Assembly: GCF_001735745.1 (NCBI RefSeq)
Contig: NZ_CP017260.1
Location: 1,170,001-1,202,000 of the forward strand
Length of the DNA: 32,000 nt
Direction: 5' to 3'
DNA from: Formosa sp. Hel1_33_131
GTDB lineage: Bacteria > Bacteroidota > Bacteroidia > Flavobacteriales > Flavobacteriaceae
Shown here: positions 1 through 7,484 of the stretch, in pieces
Numbering within the stretch: position 1 is the first letter of the stretch
How the letters are laid out: every line of letters starts with the position of its first letter
Notes under the pieces: model-generated
What the model was told of the DNA's origin: nothing
The model's database searches: none
What the model saw: the letters and a program-made list of their open reading frames with translations, nothing else
Made by a program: the position numbers and the translations under genes

Positions 1-955
1 AGGGTTTTTCGGTGATGCGATTGAATTGTAAAAGCGCTTCTTTAATCACCAGCACACTGTCTTTGCTTTCAATTTCAATTTCGGCATTGGCACTGTATCC
101 TGCACGAATTTTTGTGCTAGAGTCAATGGTCACATCTGCTTTGATCGTAAACTGAACAGCACCATTTTCCTCCACGCCTTTAGGTGCTACAAACGTAAGA
201 ACGGCAGGGAATTCTTTTTCATTGATCGCTCCAAGGATGACTACGATGTCTTTGCCTTCTTCTAATTTTCCAACTTCAGCTTCATCAACCTTGCCTTCAA
301 AAATCATTTTACTCATATCGGCAATGGTAGCAATGGTAGTTCCTGCATTGAAATTATTACTTTGAATCACTTGATCGCCTTCACGAACAGGAATTTCAAG
401 AACGGTTCCAGGAATTTGAGCAACGATATTGGTATTGGCTGAACTGCCTCCAGAAAGAGATCCTTGTTTGATGATTTGATAATCATCTTTGGATTGATCG
501 TAACTTTCTTTGGATTGGTTGAGACTCAACTCACTGTTTTCAAAATCTTGTTTAGAGATGACTCCTTTTTCAAAAAGGGCTTTATTTCGATTGAATAAAG
601 TTTGTGCATTTTCAAATGAAAGTCTCGCGGTATTGATACGGCTTTTAGCACTTCCCAAAGCTTGTTCGTTTGGAACGACTCTAATTTTGGCAATTAAATC
701 GCCTTTTTGTACTAGGTCGCCTTCTTCAACAAAAATCTGATCTACAATGCCTGAAATTTGTGGCTTCAATTCAATTTCTTCTTCAGGATTTAACTTTCCT
801 GTAGCAACGGTTTTGGTGTCGAGTGTGCTATAAAATGGCAGTTCTATTTTATAGTCTACAACTTCTTTAGCGTTGGAGTCTTTAAAATATTTTAATACAA
901 ATACTAATAATATTAGTAAGACGATTCCTAAAATAATTTTTACTGTTTTGTTCAT
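1..955 (-). CDS. Efflux transporter periplasmic adaptor subunit (HlyD/MacA-type membrane fusion protein); C-terminus lies beyond the window edge
   Basis: Absent from the ORF track because it runs off the window. My own translation from the ATG at 955-953 gives MNKTVKIILGIVLLILLVFVL (N-terminal anchor), then KLNPEEEIELKPQISGIVDQIFVEEGDLVQKGDLIAKI (lipoyl-like hairpin), a coiled-coil-like stretch, and GTVLEIPVREGDQV. The frame stays open to position 2. It lies directly upstream of two FtsX permeases and an ABC ATPase. Confidence 0.85.
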   Translation of the reverse strand, partial: MNKTVKIILGIVLLILLVFVLKYFKDSNAKEVVDYKIELPFYSTLDTKTVATGKLNPEEEIELKPQISGIVDQIFVEEGDLVQKGDLIAKIRVVPNEQALGSAKSRINTARLSFENAQTLFNRNKALFEKGVISKQDFENSELSLNQSKESYDQSKDDYQIIKQGSLSGGSSANTNIVAQIPGTVLEIPVREGDQVIQSNNFNAGTTIATIADMSKMIFEGKVDEAEVGKLEEGKDIVVILGAINEKEFPAVLTFVAPKGVEENGAVQFTIKADVTIDSSTKIRAGYSANAEIEIESKDSVLVIKEALLQFNRITEKP

Positions 956-967
956 TTTTTTGGTTTT

Positions 968-2212
968 TTATTCTTCTCTTAATGCTTCTATTGGTTTGAT
1001 ACTTGTGGCTTTAAATGCAGGGATGAGCCCTATGAGTGTTCCGAGGGTGACAAGGAGCAGTAAGGCTACAAAAACGACGGCTATGGATACGGAGGCGTTT
1101 ACGAGTGTTGCGTCATCGCCTTGTCCCCATGCACTGTCCGCCGCAATCAACATCCATCCCCCTGAAATAATGCCTAACAATCCTGCTACGAGGGTCAAAA
1201 ATACAGCTTCTACTACAATTTGGCGTTTGATTTCAAAAGGCGTTGCTCCTAGTGCGCGTCTCACACCAATTTCTTTGGTGCGTTCTTTCACGGTAATTAA
1301 TAATATATTTCCGATGGCAAACACGCCCGCAATGAGGGTTGCAATGCCCACAAACCATGTTAAAAATTGCATTCCTTTTAAAAACCCAGTGATTTTAGCA
1401 AATTCCTTTCCTAGGTTAAAACTTCCAAAAGCACGCTTGTCTTGGGGGTGGACTTTATTCAAATTACGCAATAGCAATTTAGCATCTTCTTCAATTTGCT
1501 TGATGTTATATTCGGGTTTACCTGTAATCATTAGCCACCCAATTGTGTCGCCTTGATTATAAATTTGCTGAAAGGTGGTGAATGGAATGTGAATATCGCT
1601 GCTTGGGCCCATATTAGCATTGCTATTTTGTGAGACTCCAATTACTGTAAAATTGATACTATTCATTTGGATATATTGACCAATAGCTTGCTCATCTTTT
1701 TCAAACAATTGTTTGTAGATGTCTTCTGAAATAACAGCCACTTTTTTTTTGCCATCAATATCGTTTTGATTGATGAAGCGCCCTTTTAATAATTTCTTCT
1801 TTTGTACCTTATCTAGTAGAGGATAATCCCCGTTTATACTATAAGTCCCTGATAAAAAATTACGGACAACCAGTGCTTGGTTTCGATTTCGAGGGACTAC
1901 AAATTCGATGCCTTCTACGTTTTCTTCTATTTTTTTGGCATGTGACAATTTGAGCTGCACTCTTTTTCCTTCCTGAAATCCTTTGAAAGGTTTGCTTGTA
2001 CTTTGTCCCCATACAAAAACACTGTTGGTCGCAAAATCGCCAAACGCACGGTTAAACGAATTTTCCATTCCACGGGCAGCTCCCAAAAGGGTGATGAGCA
2101 ATAAAATACCCCACCAAACACCCACCATAGTGATGCCCGTGCGCAATTTATTTTTGCTCATGCTATCATAGACTTCTTGCCATGTATCTCTATCAAATAA
2201 AAATTTAATCAT
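968..2212 (-). CDS. ABC transporter permease, FtsX/MacB-type (N-terminal TM, large periplasmic domain, C-terminal 3-TM FtsX domain)
   Basis: 414-aa ORF. It has an N-terminal TM (GITMVGVWWGILLLITLLGA), a MacB-like periplasmic domain and a C-terminal FtsX motif region (VKERTKEIGVRRALGATPFEIKRQ). It abuts a paralog with no gap (2212/2213). Confidence 0.9.
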   Translation of the reverse strand: MIKFLFDRDTWQEVYDSMSKNKLRTGITMVGVWWGILLLITLLGAARGMENSFNRAFGDFATNSVFVWGQSTSKPFKGFQEGKRVQLKLSHAKKIEENVEGIEFVVPRNRNQALVVRNFLSGTYSINGDYPLLDKVQKKKLLKGRFINQNDIDGKKKVAVISEDIYKQLFEKDEQAIGQYIQMNSINFTVIGVSQNSNANMGPSSDIHIPFTTFQQIYNQGDTIGWLMITGKPEYNIKQIEEDAKLLLRNLNKVHPQDKRAFGSFNLGKEFAKITGFLKGMQFLTWFVGIATLIAGVFAIGNILLITVKERTKEIGVRRALGATPFEIKRQIVVEAVFLTLVAGLLGIISGGWMLIAADSAWGQGDDATLVNASVSIAVVFVALLLLVTLGTLIGLIPAFKATSIKPIEALREE

Positions 2213-3442
2213 CTAGTCGTCTCTTAGTGCCACTATGGGTTTAATTTTTGATGCTTTTTTTGCGGGTAAATACCCAGCTAAAGTTCCGGCTCCTATAAGT
2301 GTAAGCGTCGCTGAAACTACAAGGCTTGTACTCACGGAAGGATTTGTAATAAAATAAGGTTTCAAACTTGGACCCACCCATTCTAAAATTCCAACACCCA
2401 ACAGCAACCCAAAATAGCCAGCAATGGTGGTTATAAAAATAGATTCAACCAAAATAATAGAAACAATCGATTTTGGGGAAGCGCCTAAGGCTTTTCGGAT
2501 GCCGATTTCTTTAGAGCGCTCTTTGACAATAAAAATCATAATATTACTAATCCCTACAATGCCTGCAATCAGTGTTCCCATCCCAATAATTAAGATTAGA
2601 ATCCCCAGAACCGAAGTCATTTGGTTGATGCCTTTATTTTGCATCGCCATATTAAAAATGCGGACCGCGCGCTGGTCGTTAGTGGCGACTAAAAACCGTT
2701 CTTTTAATTTTTTCTCTAAATCCAATCCAAAATCAATCGCTTGGTTAAAATCTAGTTCGGGTTTGTAAGTAAGATTAATTTGATCGACATAATCATTATT
2801 GCCATAAACTTGCTGGGCTGTCGAGAGCGGCATATACAGCAGTCGTTCTTCGTCATCGCCACCGTCATCTGAAAAAACACCGACAACTTTATAAGGAATC
2901 CCGCTTAAATTAATATACTTCCCTAAGGGATCCACTTTTAAAAATAAATCTTCTTTGACCAACTTGCCTATGACGACCACTTTGGTTTTTAGATCCATAT
3001 CGCGTTGATTGATATAGCGTCCTTGATATACTTTGGTTTTCTCTAAATACTGGTGGTCAGGATGTACGGCGCGTAAGGAATAGTTATTTTTTTCATTTCT
3101 AAAGGAGGCGGCCACATTTTTATAAATCCGAGAGGTGATAAACTCTACATCGTCATCAAAATCTGTTTTGATGTATTCATAGTCCTCATTTCTAAACTGT
3201 ATGCGTCGTCCCGCTTGCATGCCTTTATAGGCCTTGGTTGTTGTTCCTGAGCGGATAAACATGGCATTGGCAGCATCGTCCACAAAGGCTTCTGCAAAGG
3301 TGTTGTTTAACCCATTGGCAAGCCCAAATAATATGGTAAATAACAAAATCGCAAAGGTCACCGTAAATCCGGACAACAAACTTCGTGTGCGGTTTTTGTT
3401 GATGCTTTGAAAAATTTCGCGCCAAAAATCGATATCAAACAT
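2213..3442 (-). CDS. ABC transporter permease, FtsX/MacB-type (paralog of the downstream permease)
   Basis: 409-aa ORF with the same architecture as its neighbour. The FtsX region reads VKERSKEIGIRKALGASPKSIV. It overlaps the ATPase gene by 8 nt. Confidence 0.9.
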   Translation of the reverse strand: MFDIDFWREIFQSINKNRTRSLLSGFTVTFAILLFTILFGLANGLNNTFAEAFVDDAANAMFIRSGTTTKAYKGMQAGRRIQFRNEDYEYIKTDFDDDVEFITSRIYKNVAASFRNEKNNYSLRAVHPDHQYLEKTKVYQGRYINQRDMDLKTKVVVIGKLVKEDLFLKVDPLGKYINLSGIPYKVVGVFSDDGGDDEERLLYMPLSTAQQVYGNNDYVDQINLTYKPELDFNQAIDFGLDLEKKLKERFLVATNDQRAVRIFNMAMQNKGINQMTSVLGILILIIGMGTLIAGIVGISNIMIFIVKERSKEIGIRKALGASPKSIVSIILVESIFITTIAGYFGLLLGVGILEWVGPSLKPYFITNPSVSTSLVVSATLTLIGAGTLAGYLPAKKASKIKPIVALRDD

Positions 3443-4136
3443 GGGATTCTGCTCTAACTTGGGTTACTTTTTTATCTTCCATAATGACGCCATCTCGCAA
3501 ACGTACAATGCGTTTGCACATGGCAGCGATATCCTCCTCGTGGGTGACGATTAAAATCGTTTTGCCTTCGTTGTTGAGTTGTTGTAAAAATGCCATGATG
3601 TCGTAAGAGGTGGTCGTATCTAGCGCACCTGTGGGTTCATCTGCTAAAAGGAGTTTTGGATCGGAGGCTAAGGCACGGGCAATAGCGACCCGTTGTTTTT
3701 GTCCTCCAGACAATTCACTTGGCAAATGCGTTTCCCAATCTAAGAGGCCTACTTTTTCGAGGTGAAAACGTGCTTTTTCCTGACGTTCTTTTCGTTTGAG
3801 GCCTTGATAGTACAAAGGCAACGCTACATTTTCAAGGGCATTTTTATAATTAATAAGGTTAAACGATTGAAAAATAAATCCTAAAAATTTATTGCGATAA
3901 ATCGCGGCTTTCTTTTCTGTCAAATTTTTAATAGGAACTTGATCTAGTATATAGTCTCCTCCATCTGCTTCGTCTAACATGCCTATGATGTTCAGAAGAG
4001 TTGATTTCCCAGATCCTGAAGATCCCATAATAGCGACCATCTCGCCCTGTGCTACAGAAAGGTCAATCCCTTTAAGAACATGTAAACTGGAATCCCCAAT
4101 GGCATAGGATTTATGAAGTTGTTTTATTTCTAACAT
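3435..4136 (-). CDS. ABC transporter ATP-binding protein (MacB/LolD-like ATPase)
   Basis: Walker [13 protein letters not shown] signature [15 protein letters not shown], Walker [14 protein letters not shown]-loop VTHE. Confidence 0.95.
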   Translation of the reverse strand: MLEIKQLHKSYAIGDSSLHVLKGIDLSVAQGEMVAIMGSSGSGKSTLLNIIGMLDEADGGDYILDQVPIKNLTEKKAAIYRNKFLGFIFQSFNLINYKNALENVALPLYYQGLKRKERQEKARFHLEKVGLLDWETHLPSELSGGQKQRVAIARALASDPKLLLADEPTGALDTTTSYDIMAFLQQLNNEGKTILIVTHEEDIAAMCKRIVRLRDGVIMEDKKVTQVRAESHV

Positions 4137-4185
4137 AATTTGATTTGGTTACTTGATTGAACGAACAATGAATAAATAAGACGTT

Positions 4186-4193
4186 CAAAGTTA
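4186..4193 (-). promoter_or_regulatory. Candidate Bacteroidota sigma-A -7 box (TAACTTTG on the minus strand) for the ABC efflux operon
   Basis: Plus-strand caaagtta is TAACTTTG on the minus strand. This matches the TAnnTTTG consensus known for Bacteroides/Flavobacterium promoters and sits ~50 nt upstream of the ATPase ATG at 4136. Confidence 0.35.
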
Positions 4194-4517
4194 CATTTTG
4201 TTACATAAAAAGGGTAAAATAAATTGTTAAAAAAAAAGAGGGTCGTTTTAAACAAAAAATTGGCTTTTTTTTAGTTGGGAAACGCATTATTAAAAGAATT
4301 GATATTTTTAAATTTCAATAATTTGAAGTATAGTCCAATAAATAAAAAAAAACCACATTTAAGATGTAGATTTCTTAAATAAACCACGAGATTTGTATAT
4401 ATAATTTGTAATATTGAATGGTTTGATCCTTTTTTTAATGGATTCCATACCATTAATTGAACTAAATTCTAATTTATAAATATCTAACCGTTTAATTTTA
4501 ACTAACTATTAAATTCT

Positions 4518-4760
4518 GTGGGAAATTTCAAAGAACAAAATAATATAATCTTGAAATCTTTGGGCTATCATATAAGACTGATTCGTCAAGAAAAACAACT
4601 ACGTCAAAAAACTGTTGCCAAACTCTGTGATATGGATAGTGGAAGTTATTCTAATATCGAGAATGGTAAACGCAACATTACAATCTTAACGTTGTTTAAA
4701 ATTTCTAAGGTGCTGAAAATCTCAATGACTGAGTTGATGAACTTTGAACTGAAGAAATAG
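4518..4760 (+). CDS. XRE-family helix-turn-helix transcriptional regulator (HTH_3 domain only, 80 aa)
   Basis: LGYHIRLIRQEKQLRQKTVAKLCDMDSGSYSNIENGKRNITILTLFKISKVLKISMTELM is a textbook Cro/CI-type HTH pattern. There is no in-frame ATG near the N-terminus, so the start must be GTG 4518 (or TTG 4551). Confidence 0.8.
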   Translation: MGNFKEQNNIILKSLGYHIRLIRQEKQLRQKTVAKLCDMDSGSYSNIENGKRNITILTLFKISKVLKISMTELMNFELKK

Positions 4761-4763
4761 TTC

Positions 4764-4976
4764 TTATTTAGAGTCTTTCAAATAGCGGTACAAAAAGAAT
4801 GCTACTCCTCCAATTAAAATATAGGGAATGATCATTAGGTACACAATGCCGTTGTTAACGCCTTTAGCTGTGGCTTGGCCCACTTCGCTCTCTAAAACGG
4901 CTCTGCACATTGCACACTGTGCACTTATACTTGCAAATGGCAATATAAAAATCAATATAAGGGTGGCTCGCTTCAT
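4764..4976 (-). CDS. Small predicted membrane protein (70 aa): signal/anchor, CAMC (CxxC) motif, C-terminal TM helix; last gene of the oxidase accessory operon
   Basis: MKRATLILIFILPFASISAQ / CAMC / ... IVYLMIIPYILIGGVAFFLY. It starts 4 nt after the DUF420 gene stop and is co-oriented with it. No family is recognised. Confidence 0.6.
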   Translation of the reverse strand: MKRATLILIFILPFASISAQCAMCRAVLESEVGQATAKGVNNGIVYLMIIPYILIGGVAFFLYRYLKDSK

Positions 4977-4979
4977 GAT

Positions 4980-5513
4980 TTAAATATAGTAAGGGCGGAT
5001 CATGAGATATACAATTACGCCCGTTACAGCGACGTATAGCCACACTGGGAATGCATAGCGCACTATTTTTTTATGGGATTCAAAGTTTCCAAGACGCGCT
5101 CGTACGTAACTGATAAGCACTAAGGGAATCACGATTATTGAAAGAATGATATGGCTAAATAAAATAATATAATAGACATATTTGATGCCACCTTCTCCCA
5201 AATATTTTGTGGAATCACTGGTCATGTGATACGCCACATACATTCCTAAAAACAAGAAAGAACAAACAATGGCTGTTTTCATTAAATTTTCATGCAATGC
5301 TATTTTTTTATATTTAATGGCAACAAATGCCAATATCAATAAAACAGCTGTAATACCGTTTATAGAAGCATAAATAGGGGGTAAAAATGTAAGCGACTCT
5401 ACATTCGGTAAACGCACCATAAACAGTAATGCGACTACAACAGGAACGGCTACGGACACAACATTAATCCATAGTTGGTATTTTTTTTCAGCTGATAATG
5501 GTGTGTTATTCAT
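4980..5513 (-). CDS. DUF420 (CtaM-like) integral membrane protein associated with heme-copper oxidase biogenesis
   Basis: 177 aa, multi-TM, with motifs typical of flavobacterial DUF420 proteins (LPPIYASINGITAVLL, YHMTSDSTKY, HKKIVRYAFPVWLYVAVTGVIVYLMIRPYY). It overlaps the SCO gene by 8 nt. Confidence 0.8.
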   Translation of the reverse strand: MNNTPLSAEKKYQLWINVVSVAVPVVVALLFMVRLPNVESLTFLPPIYASINGITAVLLILAFVAIKYKKIALHENLMKTAIVCSFLFLGMYVAYHMTSDSTKYLGEGGIKYVYYIILFSHIILSIIVIPLVLISYVRARLGNFESHKKIVRYAFPVWLYVAVTGVIVYLMIRPYYI

Positions 5514-6252
5514 TTTCTAGTAATTTTAAAATATCTTCTTTAAGAGCGCTGATGTCTTCGGATTCGCCATCTTCATCAAATTGTTCTGCTTGGCTAATAA
5601 TTCCTTTGTAATAGATTTTTGGATTTCCAAAAGCATCTGTTCTGGAGCGAATGTACCCTTCTTTATCGATAAGTGCAAAGTTTCCTGAATGTTCAAAGCC
5701 TCCATCGGCACCTTCGACCTCAGCAGCATATAGATTAAAACCTGCATTCGCAAGATTGTATATTGCCTCTTTATCGCCGGTCATAAAATGCCAATTGGGA
5801 TTGGTCACTCCATAATCATCGGCATAGGTTTTTAAAACCGCTTGGGTGTCGTATTCTGGGTTGATAGTAAACGAAGCGATTCCAAAATCGGGACGGTCTG
5901 GAAATGTGTTTTGAATGTCCACTAAATTTTTATTCATTTTTGGGCAGATCGTTGGACAGGTTGAAAAGAAAAATTCAACAAGATACACTTTGCCGGCAAA
6001 ATTGGCATTGGAAATCATGATTCCATCTTGATTGACAAACTGAAAAGGCATCACTTTTTTAGCTTCGCCATTGATGATAAGATACGATAAAGGCGTGGTA
6101 TCAGAAACGGTCATTTGAACGTCTTTACTACGCCCGTCCGTACTTACGATATCGTTATTTTGAATGCGATCTATAATTTTAGGAACCACAATAATTCCAA
6201 AAATTAGAATGATAAACGAAACACCTACGTATGAATAACTAGTTTTTTTCAT
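5506..6252 (-). CDS. SCO1/SenC-family copper chaperone / thiol-disulfide oxidoreductase for cytochrome c oxidase
   Basis: N-terminal TM anchor, thioredoxin-fold CxxxC motif (FFFSTCPTICPKM), and a downstream conserved His (FEHSGNFALIDKEG). Confidence 0.9.
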   Translation of the reverse strand: MKKTSYSYVGVSFIILIFGIIVVPKIIDRIQNNDIVSTDGRSKDVQMTVSDTTPLSYLIINGEAKKVMPFQFVNQDGIMISNANFAGKVYLVEFFFSTCPTICPKMNKNLVDIQNTFPDRPDFGIASFTINPEYDTQAVLKTYADDYGVTNPNWHFMTGDKEAIYNLANAGFNLYAAEVEGADGGFEHSGNFALIDKEGYIRSRTDAFGNPKIYYKGIISQAEQFDEDGESEDISALKEDILKLLENE

Positions 6253-6958
6253 CTGCTTTTAAATCGTCTGCTCTACGGCTTGTAGAATTAAAATTTCCTT
6301 TGCGTTTTTGGCGGTATTCTGTAAACAAAATACGCATATCTTCACTCATTTTGTTTTTAAGGATGGAGACTTCCAAACAATCGTATGAACTCATGCCATA
6401 CAGAGGTACTTTCTTTTTTATTTGGTTTTTATCACGATCGTCCAAACGTCCTCTTTGATGGCGTTCTCTATCAATAATAAAAACCTCTGATGTTCTTAGG
6501 TTTGAATCTAAAACGGTTGAAATTTTGAGCGATTGATGGGCCACTAAAATATCTGAAGGTGTTCCAAATCCAAATTTCCAATACTCTAAGAATTCGTATT
6601 GATTGAGTTCTGTTTCTAACTGTTCAACTTGCGCCTTTGCGGATTCAGGAACTAAAATAACAATCTGGAAGCGTTTAAAACCTCTAAACTTATCATAGAC
6701 CAATTCTTTTAGGTTGAGTGCTAAAATGGCATCTTCCAACGGTGTGTCTCCTAAAAATCCTAATACGGTGAGGTGATTTTCTAATTGTATGGCTTCTCCG
6801 TCTTTAGTTACAAAACTAGTGAGCTTTGGAATGTCTTTTTTAATAATATCCAGTGTCTTATAATTGTGTTTTGAAGGGTATAAAAACAACAAAAATAGAA
6901 CGGGTAAAAAAAACAGTACCGAGAGTACAAACGGTTTTTTGAATTTGGTGATATTCAT
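6239..6958 (-). CDS. Hypothetical membrane-anchored protein; Sco/TlpA-like thioredoxin-fold pattern lacking the CxxxC motif (by-eye alignment to the adjacent SCO)
   Basis: 239-aa ORF with an N-terminal TM (PFVLSVLFFLPVLFLLFLY). It overlaps the SCO start by 14 nt. Segment order parallels SCO: FVTKDGEAIQLENHLTVLGFLGDTP vs FVNQDGIMISNANFAGKVYLVEFFFSTCP, and later EVFIIDRERHQRGR vs NFALIDKEGYIRSR. Confidence 0.7.
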   Translation of the reverse strand: MNITKFKKPFVLSVLFFLPVLFLLFLYPSKHNYKTLDIIKKDIPKLTSFVTKDGEAIQLENHLTVLGFLGDTPLEDAILALNLKELVYDKFRGFKRFQIVILVPESAKAQVEQLETELNQYEFLEYWKFGFGTPSDILVAHQSLKISTVLDSNLRTSEVFIIDRERHQRGRLDDRDKNQIKKKVPLYGMSSYDCLEVSILKNKMSEDMRILFTEYRQKRKGNFNSTSRRADDLKADEKN

Positions 6959-6963
6959 ACTAC

Positions 6964-6995
6964 AAAAATAAAAAAGACGGCTTTAATAAGCCGCC
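6964..6995 (-). terminator. Rho-independent terminator-like hairpin after the coxIV-like gene
   Basis: The minus strand reads GGCGGCTT-ATTA-AAGCCGTC (8 bp including one G-U) followed by TTTTTTATTTTTG. It lies between the coxIV stop (7023) and the next ATG (6958). Confidence 0.6.
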
Positions 6996-7022
6996 TTTTT
7001 AATGTTAATATTTATCTATTTT

Positions 7023-7466
7023 TTAGAAATCGCGTTTCACATATCCGTTTGTGTACACAGATTCTATATAGCCGCCTTCTTGTAGTAAAATAAACAAGAG
7101 GTAGCAAATAAGAAAGATGACGGTCCAAGCGACTAATCTTCGAAGGGATTTTGTTTCATCGCGCATGTGCATAAAGTCCCAAGTAATATAATAGGCTTTG
7201 ACAATAGTAAGCACTATAAATATTAAATTAAGGCTTTTCATGTATATGAATCCCGAGAATAGGATGTTGCCTAATAACGCTCCAAACCCGCCCTCAAAAG
7301 GGGTCATTGACGGAACCATTAAGGAAGCTGGTTTGTAAACCCCTAACACCACTTCTACTGCTGTAATAATGGAAAGTAACAAAAGGACTCCCCATATTTT
7401 TTGTGTATTGGACTTAAACTTTATTAAGCCTCTAAAAATTTCTAACTTATGTGCGTGTTCTGCCAT
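7023..7466 (-). CDS. Cytochrome c oxidase subunit IV-family small membrane protein (prokaryotic CoxIV/CoxQ-like)
   Basis: 147 aa with several TM helices, located immediately downstream of two subunit III genes. The assignment rests on context and general resemblance to flavobacterial CoxIV-family proteins. Confidence 0.7.
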   Translation of the reverse strand: MAEHAHKLEIFRGLIKFKSNTQKIWGVLLLLSIITAVEVVLGVYKPASLMVPSMTPFEGGFGALLGNILFSGFIYMKSLNLIFIVLTIVKAYYITWDFMHMRDETKSLRRLVAWTVIFLICYLLFILLQEGGYIESVYTNGYVKRDF

Positions 7467-7484
7467 TTTAAAAAATATATGCGG

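Noticed and set aside
873-1556. 227-aa plus-strand ORF overlapping the adaptor/permease genes
   Set aside because: It is entirely antisense to a minus-strand ORF with clear FtsX/MacB motifs. Its composition is low-complexity and Ser/Thr/Pro-rich, with no recognisable domain, so it is a shadow ORF.
1742-1750. A9/T9 homopolymer inside the FtsX permease CDS (encodes KKK), and a T8 run in recX (28669-28676), as possible phase-variation switches
   Set aside because: Lys-encoding A-runs of this length are common in AT-rich genomes. Both reading frames are intact, and nothing else suggests contingency-locus behaviour.
1-4136. The four-gene adaptor/2x FtsX/ATPase module as something unusual
   Set aside because: This is the standard MacAB-like arrangement of Bacteroidota, with two paralogous permeases and a separate ATPase. 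The outer-membrane factor is probably encoded beyond the left edge. I treat it as ordinary.
4271-4453. 60-aa minus-strand ORF in the AT-rich gap, divergent from the XRE gene (a possible small toxin or partner)
   Set aside because: The sequence is dominated by Asn/Lys/Phe/Leu/Ile, as expected from random AT-rich DNA. It has no motif, promoter box or coupling to a neighbour, so I keep only the region-level observation.
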